Below, piece by piece: positions 11,611 to 23,149 of a stretch of 64,000 nt of DNA. Under the pieces are notes generated by a model, which was given only the letters and a program-made list of their open reading frames with translations, was not told where the DNA came from and did no database searches. The DNA comes from Felis catus (Eukaryota), in NCBI RefSeq assembly GCF_018350175.1, contig NC_058383.1, positions 2,542,001-2,606,000 on the forward strand. The letters are read 5' to 3'. The translations under genes were made by a program, and so were the position numbers. Each line of letters opens with the position of its first letter. Position 1 is the first letter of the stretch.

Positions 11611-12551
11611 CTTTAAGGCTCTGACGGTTCCTGGTCATGACACGCAAGGGCACAGATGACTCACCGGGGGGCACCCAGACTTCAATTTCAGTTTTACACC
11701 CGCAGCAGACATGGGCAGTCGATCACAGAGCTCCGTCCTTCTTACGCAAGCCATGACGAGCGGCCTGGCACCAACCGGCCCTCCAGATGGAACCCACGCG
11801 CCGGCCCAAAGCCCGTCTGATTAACTGCTTCACGCAGGAGGACACTGAGCCCACAGGGGAGAAGGCACTTGGCCAAGACTGCCCAGTGGGTTCGTGGCCC
11901 AGGCCCCAAGTCGCCTCCTCCTGAGGCCCGCGGTGTCTCCAGCACACCACACGATGCCCCACCCGCCGGGAGAGCAAGTCCCCACCGAAAGACGCACCAA
12001 CAAGGCACCGGAACGGCGTTCTCCATGACCTAGCTGGCGCAGCTGGGATTTCTGCACTGGGCAGGCGGACACACTCCTGTTTCTAAGAGGGGAAGCCAGG
12101 CGTCTCAGGGGTGTTGACGCCTCCGCACCCGGCAGGGTCGGGGAAACCAGAAGTTTGATTGTGGACCTACTCCAGGCCCAGGGAGACAAGTCGAGACTCT
12201 CTGGCCGTCAGCGTCTAGAGTCCAGAAGGGGGCCTGAGCGAGTCTCTACTTGGCAGCCGTGAGCCGGAGAGCGCTTCGGAAGGAAGCCGTGAGGCTGGAT
12301 GAGACCCCCCTGGGAAGGAAAGCACCGGAAGAAGAGGCCCCGGGCACCTTGGGAGGTTACGGAGGAATCAGAAAAGAGATATCAGAAGAAGTGGTCAGTG
12401 AAGAAGGACAAAAACCAAGAGAGAAAACCAACCCGTGTTGTGAGGAGGGGTGGACTGTCATGTGCGGCCAGGTCAGATCCTGGAAGGACTAAGAATGGAC
12501 CCCTGGACTTAGCCACTTGGGGCCCCAGGTGACCTTGATAAGAGCCATTTA

Positions 12552-12779
12552 TTTAATTAAAAAAAAATTTTTTTAATGTTTATTTATTTTTGAGACAGAG
12601 AAAGACAGAGCACGAATGGGGGAGGGGCAGAGAGAGAGAGAGACACACAGAATCCGAAGCAGCTCCAGGCTCCCGAGCTGTCGGCACAGAGACCGACGTG
12701 GGGCTTGAACTCACGGACCGTGAGATCATGACCTGAGCCGAAGTTGGACGCTCAACGGACTGAGCCACCCAGGCGCCCC
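12552..12779 (-). mobile_element. Can-SINE
   Basis: Perfect TSD GATAAGAGCCATTTA at 12537-12551 and 12780-12794. Confidence 0.97.
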
Positions 12780-12798
12780 GATAAGAGCCATTTAAACA

Positions 12799-13002
12799 GT
12801 GGTGCCTTGGTGGCTCAACCGGTTGGACGTCTGACTTCAGCTCAGGTCGTGCTCTCACAGTCCGTGAGTTCGAGCCCCGTGTCGGGCTCTGTGCTGACAG
12901 CTCGGAGCCTGGAGCCTGATTTGGACTCTGTGTCTCCCTCTCTCTCTGCCCCTCCCCTGCTCATGTTCTGTCTCTCTCAAAAATAAACATATTAAAAAAA
13001 AA
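12799..13002 (+). mobile_element. Can-SINE
   Basis: TSD AAGAGCCATTTAAACA (12783-12798) / AAGAGCTATTTAAATA (13002-13017). Confidence 0.96.
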
Positions 13003-13122
13003 AGAGCTATTTAAATAGAGTGCTGGGGCCCAAAGCCTGGCTGAAGCGAGTCCCAGACACAGCGCAGGGGAGGAGTTGGGGACAGTGTAGACAACGTTTT
13101 CAAAGAGACCTGCTCTGAAGGC

Positions 13123-13362
13123 GATGAGCTGAATTGTGTCCCCCCCAAATTCATACATTGGAGCCCTAACCCCAGTACCTGTAGTTAGTGATCAAGCCTT
13201 TAAAGAGGTGGTGAAGTTCAGATGAAGCTGTTAGGGGCGGGACCCTCATCCAATATGACCCGTGTCCTCGTAAGTGGAGGAAACTGGACACAGAGAGGGA
13301 CAGGGTCAAATGCACATGGAGGGAAAGGCCACGCCAGGTCACAACAAGAAGGCGGCCATCTA
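13123..13362 (+). mobile_element. MLT1A/B-like LTR, 3' part missing
   Basis: GCTGAATTGTGTCCCCCCAAATTCATA...CCTCATCCAATATGACC...AAGGCGGCCATCT. Confidence 0.85.
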
Positions 13363-13570
13363 GGGGCACCTGGGGGGCTCAGTCGGTTAAGCATCCGGCT
13401 TTGGCTCAAGTCACAATCTCACGGGTCATGAGTTTGAGCCCCGTGTCAGGCTCTATGCCAACAGCCCGGAGCCTGGAGCCTGCTTCCGATTCTGTGTCTC
13501 CCTCTCTGCCCCTGCTCCCCACTTGTGTGCTCTCTCTCTAAAATAAAAATAAATTAAAACCAAAACAAAA
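13363..13570 (+). mobile_element. Can-SINE
   Basis: Head, body and tail present; no matching TSD. Confidence 0.95.
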
Positions 13571-14273
13571 GTTTTAATTAGTTAAGAAAGACACAGCACT
13601 AGGTAAAAACCGTGTACAACGACATTAAGGGGACGGGAGACTGGTCCACTCCACGTGAACTGTCCTGTGCTCTGCCCTAGGCGGGCGGTCTCCCGAACGT
13701 GGGACATTTAGAGAGAAAAGCGCCCTTTCCTTCCAAGGCCGCTTTCTTCCGACACCTGAAGCGTCCCCGAATGCAACCAGAATCTCCCCTAAGGGCCGGG
13801 GGAGACGGGATTTGCAGAGACAGAGAACGCCCCCGCCCCGGAACGTCCCCAGGAATGGGGATCTCTGCACACCTCTTTGCGAACAAGGATGACCACAGGC
13901 CACGGCACCCCAGGCGCGATGGAGGTTGACAAGTCGGGTTTGGAAAAGCATCTGAGAATTGGAGACCGGAGCCTGGGCCAGAAGTGTGAGGCGTCATTAC
14001 TATTCAACCGAGCGTTTCCTGCTGCGCTAACGACACTCAAATCCCTTTTTTTTTTTTTTTTTTTTTAAATAAAGGCCATTTCTTCTTAGGAAACTTCAAT
14101 GAATCACATAATCCTCACTCAGACAAGGAAGGACGCACTAATGTTAGTAAGACACAGTTTCACTTCGTTCCGACGTTCATCCCCTGAAATAACGATTTAC
14201 GAAAGCTCAGCAATGCTGACACGGGGCTTCTGTTCACCTTCGGATTAAAAAAAAAAAATGGGTCATCACCACC

Positions 14274-14560
14274 AAGACTTCCACAAAAGTGTTCACAGCA
14301 GCTTTATCATAACAGCCCCAGAGCGCAAACACACAGATGTGTACCAGCGGTGGGACCAGCGGCTTGAGAAACCACGGACGTCCACGCAGGGGCACCCAAC
14401 TCGGCAGCGAGCGGGAGACGAAGGTCCACGATGCTGACGGTCGGGTCTCAGCAGGGTCACACTTGCCGCGTGATTCCATTACGTGACGTTCAGGGACAGG
14501 CAAAGCGGGCGGGGGGTTGGCGACAGGGAAGGGGACACAGCTGAAATTGGAAGGCGGGGC
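14274..14560 (+). mobile_element. Old L1 (L1MC/ME-like) 3' fragment
   Basis: GTGTTCACAGCAGCTTTATCATAACAGCCCC...TGATTCCATTACGTGACGTTCAGGGACAGGCAAA. Confidence 0.7.
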
Positions 14561-14879
14561 GAGAGGCAGGAGGTTGGGACCAAGAGAAACTAGGATGGGG
14601 CCCAAAGCACGGGCTGGGGACGGCCCTGGACACTCTGTGTCACCTTACTCTTCAGTGTTGTTTTCTTGATCGTAAAGACAGCACGTGCTCTTGGTAAAAA
14701 CAAAACAGCTCCACAAAACCAAAAGAGAGGGACGCAAAATACAAAATATGAAATACATACCTCTCCCGCCTAGGTCCCTACCAGAGAGACCTTCTTACGT
14801 GTGCTAGGTTTTGTTTTTGTTTTTTTGTTTTTTTTTTTTTTCCAGAAACTTCCCGGATGTCTGCTAGAGATCCCCCTGG

Positions 14880-15270
14880 TCCAATTAATGGCCTCACAGA
14901 ATGCCACCGTACGGATGGACCTCACTCTTGGGGCGCATTTGTGAGGCCTCAAACTTTTTCTTGGGTAAGCAATGCTTCGATGAATATTGGTGTGCAGAAA
15001 AAGTCTATCTGTGAGATAATTTCTTAGAAGTGGGATTCCTAGACCGGAGGCTTTATTCGCTTCATCTGCTGGTAAATATTGTCAAAGCCACCGTGCATGA
15101 GCGTCTGCTGCCCCTCAACCTTTTGATCTTGGCCAGTGCAATCCGTAGAAACGGGAGTGCCCCTGCTGCGTTACTGTGTTATTTTGCACACGTTTCATTA
15201 GAGATGAGGCCCGGGGCCAGCTGTGTTCATATTCCGTTTGCTCGCGTCTTCAAGAATTTTCCTCTCGGGT
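14880..15270 (-). mobile_element. Old L1ME-like fragment
   Basis: ATTTCTTAGAAGTGGGATTCCTAG...GTAAATATTGTCAAA...TGTTCATAT. Confidence 0.6.
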
Positions 15271-15284
15271 CAAGGTCCCCAATT

Positions 15285-15489
15285 CCGGGGTTGGCAAATG
15301 ATGGTCAAGGGCCAAGCCCGCGCTGCCCATTTTGCACCACGGGCCCACTCTGGCCACACTCACCTGTGGGGACACCTGCTTTCACACTGCAAAGAACAGA
15401 GCCGAGTGGTCTCCACAGCGACCGTCTGGCTCGAAAAGCCTAAAATATTTACTGTCTGGACCTTTACAGAAAAAGCTTGCCGATTCCTG
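15285..15489. mobile_element. MER58A-like hAT MITE
   Basis: Termini GGGGTTGGCAAA...TTGCCGATTCCTG; AAAGCCTAAAATATTTACTGTCTGGACCTTTACAGAAAAAG. Confidence 0.88.
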
Positions 15490-15687
15490 CCTCTCATTGA
15501 TTTTTTTGTAAATTAGGAGATAGCTCTGTGCCTATATATTGCTTCGTATTTAACTCCTCACTTCTGTTCTGCCTCCTGCCCCCACCCCCCTCACAAATAA
15601 CCAAGTCAGAAGCAGAGCTTTAAAAGCAGAAGCTGTCAGATTACTTCCTTTGGAAACATTTTGGTCTACATTAAAGTAGGGGTGGTA

Positions 15688-15888
15688 TTTTTTTTTAGTG
15701 TTTATATATTTTTGAGAGAGAGAGAGAGAGACAGAGCGTGAGCAGGGAAGGAGTGGAGAGAAAGGGAGACACAGAGTCCAAAGCAGGCTCCAGGCTCTGA
15801 GCTGTCAGCACAGAGCCCGACGGGAACCATGAGATCGTGACCTGAGCCGAAGTCAGATGCTTAACCGACTGAGCCCCCCAGGCGCCCC
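15688..15888 (-). mobile_element. Can-SINE
   Basis: Antisense body ending GGCGCCCC. Confidence 0.95.
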
Positions 15889-15909
15889 GGTGTGTGTGGG
15901 GGGGTGGTG

Positions 15910-16040
15910 TTTATACCCATTTTACACACGTGCAGTTGAGGCTCAGAGAGGTGATGACTTCCATGAGGTCACACAGCCAGCGTGCTGGAGAGCCAGCATG
16001 GATGACGCCCTGTCTGCTCCGAGACCACAGATCCTGCCAC
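15910..16040 (-). mobile_element. MIR
   Basis: CCCATTTTACAC...TGAGGCTCAGAGAGGTGATGACTT...AGGTCACACAGC. Confidence 0.8.
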
Positions 16041-17919
16041 TAAAGGACGCTGCCTCCTCATGGACGGTGCCAGCCCCAGGGGGTGGCAGTGACTGCAGAA
16101 AAGCAGGGTCTACATGGGACGGAGCGGGGGGCGGGGAGCCTTGTCATGGCCACACGTGTGTCTGAGGCCTGCCCATTCCTGAGTGGGAGCGGGACAGGCG
16201 GGAAGCCTACACCCTAGAAACAGAAACCCCACGGGCAGGAGGGAGCCCTCCTTCGGGGTATGGAGTTTGCACACCACTCCCTCCGGCTCAGCCACTAGCA
16301 AGGAGAGTCACCCACCGAGGAATGACCCCCCCCCCCGCCCCGAGCTGCGTGGGGGGCTTTGACGGACGTGCCTGAGTGAGCTTGACCACGGGGCTGGTGC
16401 AGGACGGGAGGGCGCAAGCCTGGGGAGGCGGGACCAGTATACCCCTCGGCAGTCCCGTTACCCATGGGCACTGGACACCCTAACACAAACGTGACAGGGG
16501 CCATCATCATCTCAGAGCCCTGAACAGATCACAACCCAAACAGTCAGCCCATTGGAACCACTGACCCGCAGCACAGGAGGGGCTCACAGACAGGTCGGGG
16601 GACCATGCAGGGGCGTGTTTCTCCCACGCAGCGTGGCCCCGCTCGGGGCTGGCATCTGGGAATCGGCCGCTTTCAACTGTCCTTAGAAGAACAGTGTTTC
16701 TAAGCGGCTTCCTCAAAAGTTGTCTTTTCCTTTTCTTTCTGATCCTGTATTTAAATCAATCTGAATATTTTCTCGGCCGATCAGGTAACGCGGCACCATC
16801 CACGCAACCGCCAGGAAGGTGGGGTTTGCGGGGAAGGAAACCGGGTGACGGGGCCCACCCAGCCGGGCTGTGTGGGAAAGCCGGGGTTCCAGCCCCCAGC
16901 CTGGACCTCAACGGGCCACCTCACCTCCCCCGATGCCAGGAATGCCAGCAAAGGTTGTCATCTGTCCCGTTTTGTGTTCTCCATTTTATGCTTGGTGTAA
17001 CCAACAATCCTGAAAATCATCCGCACTGACATCTGGATTTCACGGAGGAGAAACGGCTCTCACAGAGCCGCCATGACAGGCTGTCCAAGGTCAGAGGCTG
17101 AGCGCAGAGGAGCGGGTGCGTCTGGGCACAGGGCAGGATGCGCCCTCCCACCGGCCCGGCCGGCCTCGGACCCGACAGGTGGAGCACAGACCTCCGACTG
17201 CCTTCATGCCTCGATCGGACCTTCTAAAAATGTTCACGGATCAGGTGGCACCAAAAGACCAGCAGGCCACGCTTGCGTCGGGCTGGGCATCTGGGGCTCC
17301 CGGCCCACGTGGGAGTTGTGACCCCGGTCCCCGTCACCAGGGAGCACTGGCTCTGAGGCTGAGCGCGGAGCCAAGGCAAGACCCAGCGGAAGGCGGCCTG
17401 AAGACTGCCTCGCAGAGCTCTGAGGATCCTCCTTCCAGTGTGGCCTTCCTCGCATGACGGGCAGAGACCGGCCGCCTTCACCGTCCACCGGCCCCCACCC
17501 CCCATCTACCCAGACACACGACCCTTCCGTCCTGGGAAGCCAGCCCGCTCTCGCCGGGGCGTAGAAACACGACGAAGGAAAGTGAGGAAGGCGTCGGGAC
17601 GGGGCCCTGCCCGCACCGTCTCAGCCCAGAACCTTCCACCAATCCCCGCAGCCTCTGAGAGCCACCAGGTCCCAGCCTCGCCTCCCACGGCCACACACCC
17701 GCAATTCTGTAACATCTCAGAGTCTCAGTATAGTCTGGCCACGATGTACCCAGACGGCACAGCACAGACTACCTAGGGCAAGGACATCTGGGTGTCCCGT
17801 CCCTTCTGTGGGTCCCCCACAGTGCCCAGAGCAGCGTCACCTAGACAATGCCCACAGGCTGATTCAAATCGTCCTTTGAAGAACTATAAGGTTCACGAGT
17901 CATTTTAGAAGATCACATA

Positions 17920-18320
17920 CACGAGTGGATAAACAAAACCGGGTCCATCCACACAGTGGACTACTCCTTAAAAAGGAAGGAAATTCAGACACGCGCTACA
18001 ACACGGATGAGCCTTGAGGACATGATGCTCGTTGCAAGAAGCCAGTCAAGAAAAGACAAACGCTGTGGCTCCCCTTATATGACGTCCCTGCAGGAGTCAG
18101 ACCCACAGACACAGAGAGCGGGGTGGATGCCAGGAATGGGAAGGGGTGGGGCAGTGGTTCGTGTTTAGTGGGGACAGAGTCTCAGACTGGGACGATGAAG
18201 AAGGTCCGGACGTGGGTGCACGGCAGCGTGAATGTCCTTAATACCAGCGAACTGCGGACCTAACAGGGGTGGCGAAGGTACGTTCTATGCTACGCGTGTT
18301 TTACCACGATTAAGAAAAAC
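17920..18320 (+). mobile_element. L1MB-like 3' end
   Basis: GAGTGGATAAACAAAA...CCTTAAAAAGGAAGGAAATTC...ACGGATGAGCCTTGAGGACAT...TTTTACCACGATTAA. Confidence 0.88.
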
Positions 18321-19479
18321 ATCGCATAAAGGATCATTTGTGCGCTGACTCCAGACCGCGTGGACTGGTGGGGCTACCCGCCTTCCGTTTGGATACTGGT
18401 GCGAATAAAACCACACAGGTCCAAACCCTTCAGCTGGAGTGTGGGCCAGGCTGAGGGCCAGGCTCCCTGTGGCCTCAGATCCCCTCTGACCCTGGGCAGA
18501 AGCATCATGTTTTACAGCTTCCTCAGGGGTGGAGAGAGGTGGACATTCAGGGGACGGACAGAGGCGGAGAATTTTAGCTTCAATTCTAGCCCCCACATTA
18601 ATGCACAGCCCCCAGGATCTCCGGGGCACAGGACGCATGGAGTAGGTACTCAATAATTGTCAAGCGACGGACCGACGGGTCTTTCCCTTTCTGGAAGGTT
18701 GAGGACCTTATACCTTCAAGAGAAGTTGTAAATGTCAAGAGAAATTTTTTGAACTACAGATCAAGGGCTTTGAGGGCAGTCCGGGCACAGAGGTCAGTTT
18801 GGTCCAAGACCAGGATTAAGCAAAGGGCCCTGTGCTGACACTCTCCTGAGCTGGTGCCCGGAAGCTCACAATGTCACAAACCGGAGCTCAGGCAAGGGGT
18901 CTGAGGCTCCTACAGCCTTAGGGTCTCCCTGGGGCCCATCCCACTGTGCCCCAGGGCTCAGCAGAGCTTGGGGTGGGGGTGGGGGCTTCCAGCCTAACCC
19001 TGTGGGGGTGGTCCGCGCCCCGAGGTCACTGGGACCTCCTCCTGGCTGTGCGGGGAGCCGGGGGCCCCTCCTGCCCCCCTCCTCAGACTCCCCGTGGGAG
19101 AGGCTGTCCCTCCCCTCCGCCGCCTGGGGCCCCACCTTCTTGGGAGCCTCTGAGTCAGGCTTCGCTGTGGTCTGGAAACTTCCTGTCCTTTCAGGTGTTA
19201 GAAAAGGTTCTCTTCCTCTGTGTGGGGCAGGTGCACCCAGGGGCGCTCTGCCAGGCCAGTGCCACAGGGGCGTGGGGGCCCTGCCAGGCGGAGACACCGG
19301 AGGGAGACAGACTGTCCCGGAGAGGCACGGAGGGGACACAGGGAGGCGGAAAGTGGAAGAAATCAGACTTGGATGGGAAGGGGGAGGGCAGGAAGGGGGG
19401 GACCGGGAGAGTGAGGTGGAGAAAGAGGGGAGGGGGAGAGAGGGATGCGGAACCAGCTCACAGGGGCCAGGAGGGTGAG

Positions 19480-20220
19480 GACGGGTGAGCCCAGGCCCCT
19501 CACATCGCCCCCACCCCGCATGTGCTCTCCCCCAGCCGCAGCCCCCTCAACGACTGCGCCCCCCCCAACCTACCCCCGCGGCCCTGCTGCGTCATCGTCC
19601 CCCTACCCCACGCCGTCCCCACCCCCGCTTGTGTGCTCTCCTCCAGACGCACCCCTCCCCCCCACACCTACGGCGTCCCCCCACGGCGGCATCCCCAGAA
19701 TGCGCCCCCCACCCCCGCGTCCGCTGGTGCCTACCTGGGGGGCTCATGCTCTGCCAGCCGCGCCGGCCGCCTCCTCCGCGCAGGCCACCAGCTTCCCCCT
19801 GGGCCCGGGCCCTGCCCGGCCGTCCCGTCCGAGGGGCACCGCCCGCCCAGGGGTTGCAGGGCCGGTAGGGGGCTGTGTGCCGCCCAGGCCTGAGTCTGGA
19901 GGCCAGAGGAGGTGAAAGAAAGAAAAAAGGAGAGAAAGTGTGTCATAGGCTGGCAGGGGGAGGGAAATGCAAAACCCGACAGGAAATGAGACTAAAAAAT
20001 GCAAAAGGTTAGAAAGAGATAAGGAAGAGGGGGTGGGGCGGGGCTTGGGTCCTCAGGCGGGGAGGGGAGGGGAGGCTGAGGGGCCCCCTCCAGGGTGGGG
20101 GAGCCCCAGCACCTGCCGCACCCCCAATCCACCGCCCCAGCCCTGGGAGGCTGCGAGGTTCGGTTGTCACCTTGGGCGGGGCGCCCCCTCCTCCCGCCCT
20201 GGGTGGAGGGCTTAAGCAGC
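19480..20220 (-). promoter_or_regulatory. CpG-rich promoter-like region
   Basis: Repeat-free and CpG-dense; GC boxes at 20035-20043, 20132-20138, 20174-20181, 20193-20199; CCAAT 20124-20128; ETS ACAGGAAAT 19979-19987; AGATAA 20017-20022. Confidence 0.55.
19735..19895 (-). other. Candidate exon of an unidentified minus-strand transcript (possible ATG at 19747-19745)
   Basis: Minus strand reads GCAGAGC-ATG-AGCCCCCCAG|GTAGGC; G-run-rich downstream intron; upstream pyrimidine tract ending CCTCCAG. Confidence 0.4.
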
Positions 20221-21769
20221 TGCCCCTCAGAAGCAACTTGTCACGTTTTTAAGAACTCCCAGACCTTTCCTTGTGGTTTGGCGGGAGGCTTTTCCCACAA
20301 CGGAGAGGGAAACAAGGAATCCAGAGTCCTTGGGTCCTTCCAGGCTTCTCCCTGCCCTCAGCCTCTGTTCTGGAAAGTTCCTTGGGCTTGCCTGGGGGTC
20401 ATCTCTCCTCCAAGGGCCTCTGGCTCCCCTCCCAGGCACTTCGTGGTGACAGACCCGCCTGTGCCCTCTCCCCAGCCCCGGCTGTCCTGGGCCCGGCACC
20501 CCCACCCCCACTTGTGCTCTCAAAGTTCTGCTCCACGACCCAGAAACTAATTTCTGGAGGTCGACGTTTCTGTAATTCTAGTAATTTCCCTGCCACAGGC
20601 CCCTGGAGGCCTTGCTCTTTCACGACCAGCACAGGAGCACTGAGTGGGCAGGACGGTCCCGAATCACGAGCTAAAAATCTGGGGGCGCTGGAGGCATTCT
20701 GAGAATACTGGGGCTTAGTCTCCTTGCTGATTTGCCACGGTCTGCCCCGCCCCCCCCCACACCTCTCCTGTTCTGCCTCAGTTTACCACTCTTCTCTCCC
20801 TCTGCCCCTCCTTTGATTCCCCCTGTGATAGCTGAAGAACGTGCCCTCCTGCCTCATGTTTTAAGTTCTCGGAGAAGGGTTCCTCGAGCCACCAAAGGGA
20901 GAGGCGTTTGGTTCGTTAAGCCACTAAGCGAGAGAGAAGTAAATCACGGCAGGAGCACAGGGGGGCTGAAGTCTCGGCAGTCTTGAGGGGCGTAGTGTTG
21001 GTGGTGCACACGTGCCAGGGGCCAAGGAACAGGGGTTTCCTTCTCGCCGATCAGGCTCAAGAACGCAATCCACGCGCGCACGGAAAGTTCCCCAGAGAAA
21101 CCGCACCGAGGCCCAGGGCCTCCCAGTCCTTGTTCCCCGAAGACTCGCCTGGGAGCAGCGATCCCCTAGCACACTCCGGGAAACCTTGAAATCAGGCAGT
21201 GTGGCCTTAGAGAAGTCTGGTTTCCCCCGTGCAGTGTGTGAAGGGTACGCACGCCTTGAAACGACAAAACCCATTATGCAGTTGTCATCCTTCCAAGCGC
21301 AAAGTTCTGCAGGAAGCTGGGGTGAGTTGTCACAAAGCAAACACACACCCGTGTGACCCACACACGTAATCAGAAAGAGAACTCCATCTGTACCCCGGAA
21401 CTCCCCGTTATGCCCCCTTTGAGGCACCCTCCCCACCACAGATCACCACATTCTGACCTCGAACAGCAGAGGCCAGTTGTGCCTATAACGTCCAAAAACT
21501 TTGTGCAAACGGAGCCTTACGTAGATTCTCTTGTGGGCCTGGCTTCTTTCAGTCCACGCTGTGTTTCTGAGATTGAGCAGCGGATTACATGCAGGTATAG
21601 GTCGGTGAAGACCTGTCTCTTTTTCTCCCCAACACCTTAATAGAGTTTTTAAGCATTCAGAAAAGTTAGAAAAATTTTATGGTGAACACCCATATATCCC
21701 ACCCACCTGACTCTAAAATGAACATTCTGCTGTATTGGATTTATCATGTACCCGTGTAGAAATCAATCC

Positions 21770-21984
21770 TTATTTATTTATTTTTTAATGTTTGTTTATT
21801 TTTGTGAGAGAGACAGAGTATGAGTGGGGAAGGGGCAGAGAGAGAAACAGACACAGAATCTGAAGCAGGCTCCAGGCTCTGAGCTGTCAGCACAGAGCCC
21901 GACACGGGGCTCGAACTCACGAACTGCGAGATCATGACCTGAGCCGAAGTCGGATGCTTACCGACTGAGCCACCCAGGCGCCCC
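21770..21984 (-). mobile_element. Can-SINE within decayed antisense L1ME-like fragments (about 21290-22245)
   Basis: Antisense body ending GGCGCCCC. Confidence 0.95.
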
Positions 21985-22247
21985 AATCGTTGTTTCTTAT
22001 TATGCGTTGCAAAGTAAGTTGAAAACATCAGCATACTTCACCTGTAAATACTTCGTCATGCGTATCATTAACTAGAGGTGTTTTTTGGGTAAAATTTACA
22101 TACGTGCATATCATCAACAGGAGGCGGTTTCATTTTATGGTTTTTAACTATGGATTTTTATTTATTTATGGATTTTAACTATGTCACGAAATACGTTTTG
22201 AGAAATGTATACACCGTGGAACCCAAAACCCTATGAAGATACAGAAC

Positions 22248-22965
22248 CGTGTGGTCCAATATGGCAGCCACTAGTCACACTTGGCTACGGAGCGCTTGAC
22301 GTGTGGCTGGTGTGGATAAGAAGTGGAATTTAAAATTCCACTCGACTTTCGCTAACTTTAGTTAAAATCTAAAAACCGATACTTGAATCTGCTACCGGAA
22401 AACTTTTAACTGTGTTACGTTAATATGCAATTTGAGCATATTAATCTCCTTTTTCAACTGTGAACTTTAGAAAATCTACATAGAGGTCAAGTATTTTCAA
22501 GGAAAATTTAGTGTCTGAATTCAGGCGCTAAAAGTGTAAAAGACACACCAGATTTTGAAGACTTAAAAGGGGCACCTGGGTGACTCAGTCGGTTAGGCAT
22601 CTGACTCCCGATTTTGGCTCACGTCATGATCTCACGGTTCCTGAGATCGAGCCGGGCATCAGGCTCCCCGCTGAACGTGTGGAGCCTGCTTGGGATTCTC
22701 TCTCTCCCTCTGTCTCTGCCCCTCTCCTGCTCATGTGCACGTGCTCTCTCTCTCTCTTTCAAAAATAAACATTTTTTAGAAAGAATACAAAAATACCTCA
22801 TTCATAATTTTGATAATGATTGCATGTTGAAATAACAGTATTCTCACTATGTTCGGTTAAATAAAATATATTATTAAAAAGAATCTCATCTGTTTTTTGA
22901 GGTTGCTACTAGAAAATTTATAATTTTAAGGCCAAAGAAATATTTCTAATATTTCTGCTCTGAGC
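22248..22965. mobile_element. hAT-Charlie element (Charlie1/MER33/MER3 group) split by a SINE
   Basis: GTCCAATATGGCAGCCACTAGTCACAC...AAGTGTAAAAGACACACCAGATTTTGAAGACTTA...GCTACTAGAAAATTTA. Confidence 0.85.
22569..22780 (+). mobile_element. Can-SINE
   Basis: Head GGGGCACCTGGGTGACTCAG, CT tract, tail. Confidence 0.95.
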
Positions 22966-23149
22966 AAGGGCTCTCAAGTGGGGACCGTGGCAAGGAGACC
23001 CCTCTTCATGTGACATTCAGCAGTGAGACAGCCGATGTCCCCCAACCTGGCCCCATAAAGCGGTGCCTCCTGAACTATTTATAGAAGACATTCTCCAACC
23101 CTCTACCTAAAAAACAAACAAAACAAAACAAAACAAAAACAAACAAACA

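Larger units (their letters stand above)
12190..13120 (-). mobile_element. L2 fragment interrupted by two SINEs
   Basis: GAGGCTGGATGAGACCCCC...GGACTTAGCCAC...AGGTGACCTTGATAAGAGC...GTGTAGACAAC. Confidence 0.75.

Noticed and set aside
19445..19915. Proline-rich + strand ORFs
   Set aside because: All frames are open because of C-rich composition, and there is no recognisable domain.
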